The notes beneath the pieces were generated by a model. It had not been told where the DNA came from and made no database searches. It saw nothing but the letters and a program-made list of their open reading frames with translations. A stretch of 50,578 bases of DNA from an uncultured PS1 clade bacterium (lineage in GTDB: Bacteria > Pseudomonadota > Alphaproteobacteria > MED-G09), in NCBI GenBank assembly GCA_902609025.1, contig CACLQD010000003.1:1-50578 (forward strand). Reading direction: 5' to 3'. Shown piece after piece: positions 48,184 to 50,578 of the stretch. Position 1 is the stretch's first letter. Each line of letters opens with the position of its first letter. The position numbers and the translations under genes were made by a program.

Positions 48184-49245
48184 TTAATTTATTTTTGTGA
48201 TTTCAATCTTTTCAGAATTAGGCGGTAAAATTACCAATGTTCCGTCATCAGATAATGTCCATTCCTTTCTAATATCATTCACACCTCTAACAAACATTCT
48301 CTCCATCAAAGCATTTCTTGGTGCAGGAGTAAGATGATAAAAAACCAAATGCTTCACATTTGCCTGATTTGCAATTTCAGCGGCCTCAATAGGCGTTGTA
48401 TGATAAGTCACTATATCAGCCATAATTTTTGCAGCTAAATTATTGCCAACTTTTTTATTTTCATTTTCCAAAATTTTTACAATGTGGTTAGCTTGTGCCT
48501 CATGAAATAAAACATCAGCATTTTTAGAATTCTTAATTGTATTTTCCGTAGATATTGTATCACCGCTTATTACAATAGACCTTCCCTTATAATCAAAACG
48601 AAAACCTAAAGCCGGTTCAATCGGATCATGAATTACCTTGAAAGCAGTTACTTTCAAACCATTATCGTCAATTATAATTGGATTTGATAAATCAATGGTA
48701 AATGTTTCGTATCCAGCAAAATTAAGTGGAGCGACCTTATTTCCGTGGTGCTCATTTCTGAATTGGTAATCTAATTTATATGCGTCCTCAAAACCATTAA
48801 CAACATCTTCAACTCCTTCAGGTCCATAAACTTTTAATTTTTCAGATTTAGTAGGATTATTAACCCATGTATTTAAGTGTAAATCAGCAAGATCAGATAT
48901 ATGATCAGAATGAAGATGTGTAAAAAGAACGGCCTTCACAGGAGTTAGATCTACTCCCCAATTTCTCAAATTACTAATACTGCCATCACCAACATCAACT
49001 ACATACAAGTTCTGACCAGCCTTAATGATAATACAGGTTTCAGCTCTTCCAGGTGAAGGTAAAGGAGATCTACTGCCACAAACTAAAGCACTTAGTCCAT
49101 CATCAGGTAAAGAAACTGGATTTGAAAGGACGTTTTTTATAACATTTGTTACAACTCTATCCTGAATTGCAGGAACTCTAGATAAAACGAATAAGCTAAT
49201 TAGAAATATTACTAATATAAGAATTATATATTTAATTATTTTCAA
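48184..49245 (-). CDS. Membrane-anchored MBL-fold hydrolase (RNase Z/AtsA arylsulfatase-like)
   Basis: N-terminal TM; CGSRSP, THLHSDH, SGDT, HEA, YHTT and YHLTP motifs. Confidence 0.82.
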   Translation of the reverse strand: MKIIKYIILILVIFLISLFVLSRVPAIQDRVVTNVIKNVLSNPVSLPDDGLSALVCGSRSPLPSPGRAETCIIIKAGQNLYVVDVGDGSISNLRNWGVDLTPVKAVLFTHLHSDHISDLADLHLNTWVNNPTKSEKLKVYGPEGVEDVVNGFEDAYKLDYQFRNEHHGNKVAPLNFAGYETFTIDLSNPIIIDDNGLKVTAFKVIHDPIEPALGFRFDYKGRSIVISGDTISTENTIKNSKNADVLFHEAQANHIVKILENENKKVGNNLAAKIMADIVTYHTTPIEAAEIANQANVKHLVFYHLTPAPRNALMERMFVRGVNDIRKEWTLSDDGTLVILPPNSEKIEITKIN

Positions 49246-49718
49246 TTTGCTCTCTTTAAAGATAAAACAAAAAATATTGTCAATAAGATCAGAATGTATG
49301 GAGCCATATAAAAACCAGGCGTACCTGCTGTATTATAATCATTAATCACATCACCACCTCTACCAAAAAATGGATAATAAATAACTCTTAATCCCCACTC
49401 AAAAATCCAAAATAAATACATTAATGGTATAAATGACCGGTATTTAATGATTGCAATCCAACAAGCAATACAAAAAATTAATTGGGCAAATCCCCAAATA
49501 GAGAAAAAACGATAAATTAATGGCATAGGATCGGGATCACCCGTCAAAACAACAATATTTGCAATTTCATGCAATCCAAAGGGTTCAAAAAACATATGTA
49601 TTGCTGAGCGCCAAGTCATAAGAGTAAGAAATAGTATAAGTGCCCATAGGGCTATTCTATTTCCTGAATAGTTATTGTTCGCGTTTTCAGGAAATATCTT
49701 ATTAAAAAAATCTACCAA
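49242..49718 (-). CDS. Hypothetical membrane protein
   Basis: About 4 TM segments; RS.IH motif; overlaps both neighbouring genes. Confidence 0.6.
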   Translation of the reverse strand: MVDFFNKIFPENANNNYSGNRIALWALILFLTLMTWRSAIHMFFEPFGLHEIANIVVLTGDPDPMPLIYRFFSIWGFAQLIFCIACWIAIIKYRSFIPLMYLFWIFEWGLRVIYYPFFGRGGDVINDYNTAGTPGFYMAPYILILLTIFFVLSLKRAN

Positions 49719-50296
49719 CCAAACTCTCCTGTTTTAGTTTCAATATTAAGTTGGCCTTTTAAACCTGCGGCACGATGTTTTTCACTTTCTCTATAATCCG
49801 CATCCATAATCATTTCCATCATAGCTTTTCGGCTGGGATATTTAGCAATTGCGATTACATCCCAAAGTTCCCCTACTTCGCCTAACATCAACCGTTCAAC
49901 TCTTCCTGAAAAAATTGGTTCAGCTCCAACTTTTTTGAGATGTCCTTGCACTTCTTGTCCATAAATTAAGTAAGCCTCTTCACCGGTTAAATTAGTTTCC
50001 CTTCCATCTTCATATTCTGCTTTATCTTTAAATTTTAATAAATTAACCATAAATATAGGTGTATCAATATCACCTTCCATAAAACCTTTCATTTGCTCAT
50101 CATTTGGTACTAATGCATTTTTTACTTCCATAATCTCAACTCCATTAATTTCTTTTACAGATAATTCCGACCTTTCTCCAGACCCTCGCGCTTCAAGAAT
50201 AAGGGGATATATTTCAAAAATAATATTTGCTCGATAATTCCAACCAACACTTACTAAAATTATACATACACTAATAATAATTACAAAATTCTTCAT
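49712..50296 (-). CDS. DUF1330 domain protein with N-terminal hydrophobic extension
   Basis: PIFMVNLLKFKD.A.Y, G.EAY..Y, WD......YPSR and HRAAGL motifs. Confidence 0.8.
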   Translation of the reverse strand: MKNFVIIISVCIILVSVGWNYRANIIFEIYPLILEARGSGERSELSVKEINGVEIMEVKNALVPNDEQMKGFMEGDIDTPIFMVNLLKFKDKAEYEDGRETNLTGEEAYLIYGQEVQGHLKKVGAEPIFSGRVERLMLGEVGELWDVIAIAKYPSRKAMMEMIMDADYRESEKHRAAGLKGQLNIETKTGEFGW

Positions 50297-50577
50297 TTAT
50301 TTTCCTTTATAAAGTCTATTAGAATCCCTGAAAGTTTTTTAGACCTTTTCCATTGAAAAAAATGGCCCCCACCAATATGGGGTGCGCTTTTTGCATTTGG
50401 ACACATATTTAATACATCTTGTTCAATTCCATTTGTTACAGGATCATCACCGGCAAAAACACTTAGAAATGGTTTGTCCCATTTACTAAAAAATTCTCTT
50501 GCTTTCTTCTGTTCTTCAAGAGATTGATCAGGAATTATAGGCACTTGACTTGGCATTGCTCTAGGGCCCATTTTGTA
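50293..50577 (-). CDS. Haloalkane dehalogenase family alpha/beta hydrolase, C-terminal part (5' end beyond window)
   Basis: YKMGPRAMPSQVP, WDKPFLSVF..DDPVT and GGHFFQ; the frame is open to the window edge. Confidence 0.72.
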   Translation of the reverse strand, partial: YKMGPRAMPSQVPIIPDQSLEEQKKAREFFSKWDKPFLSVFAGDDPVTNGIEQDVLNMCPNAKSAPHIGGGHFFQWKRSKKLSGILIDFIKENK

Positions 50578-50578
50578 A

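Noticed and set aside
48184-49245. Genuine RNase Z
   Set aside because: The N-terminal membrane anchor and catabolic context favour an exported sulfatase/phosphodiesterase-like MBL hydrolase.

Overview
AT-rich, densely packed (streamlined-looking) bacterial chromosome segment, probably a marine alphaproteobacterium (CcrM next to rnhB, split gcvPA/gcvPB, APH-type ThrB, alpha/plant-type GshA). Bases 1-16.8 kb are core housekeeping genes: gshA (partial), rsmE, ubiA, ccrM, rnhB, gcvT-H-PA-PB under a tandem glycine riboswitch, ispH-thrB-rnhA, a peroxiredoxin, YqgE/AlgH and thrC. From about 16.8 kb onward the window is an accessory enzyme region. It holds an orphan C5-cytosine methyltransferase, a half-degenerate tandem cupin, a ferritin-like protein with candidate iron-regulator sites and a beta-propeller phytase. 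It also holds a roughly 21 kb catabolic cluster: a TonB-dependent receptor, four Rieske non-heme iron oxygenase alpha subunits, four NTF2/SnoaL-like proteins, EthD, PhyH, SDR, epoxide hydrolase, MBL hydrolases and a haloalkane dehalogenase (partial). No ferredoxin, oxygenase reductase or transcription factor gene is recognisable in that cluster. Other signals read directly from the DNA are an unannotated 50-aa basic ORF, paired NrdR-like boxes overlapping GANTC sites upstream of ccrM, and an 18-aa internal duplication in one Rieske protein. No tRNA, rRNA, CRISPR array or transposase was seen. All product calls rest on motif recognition, not database searches.
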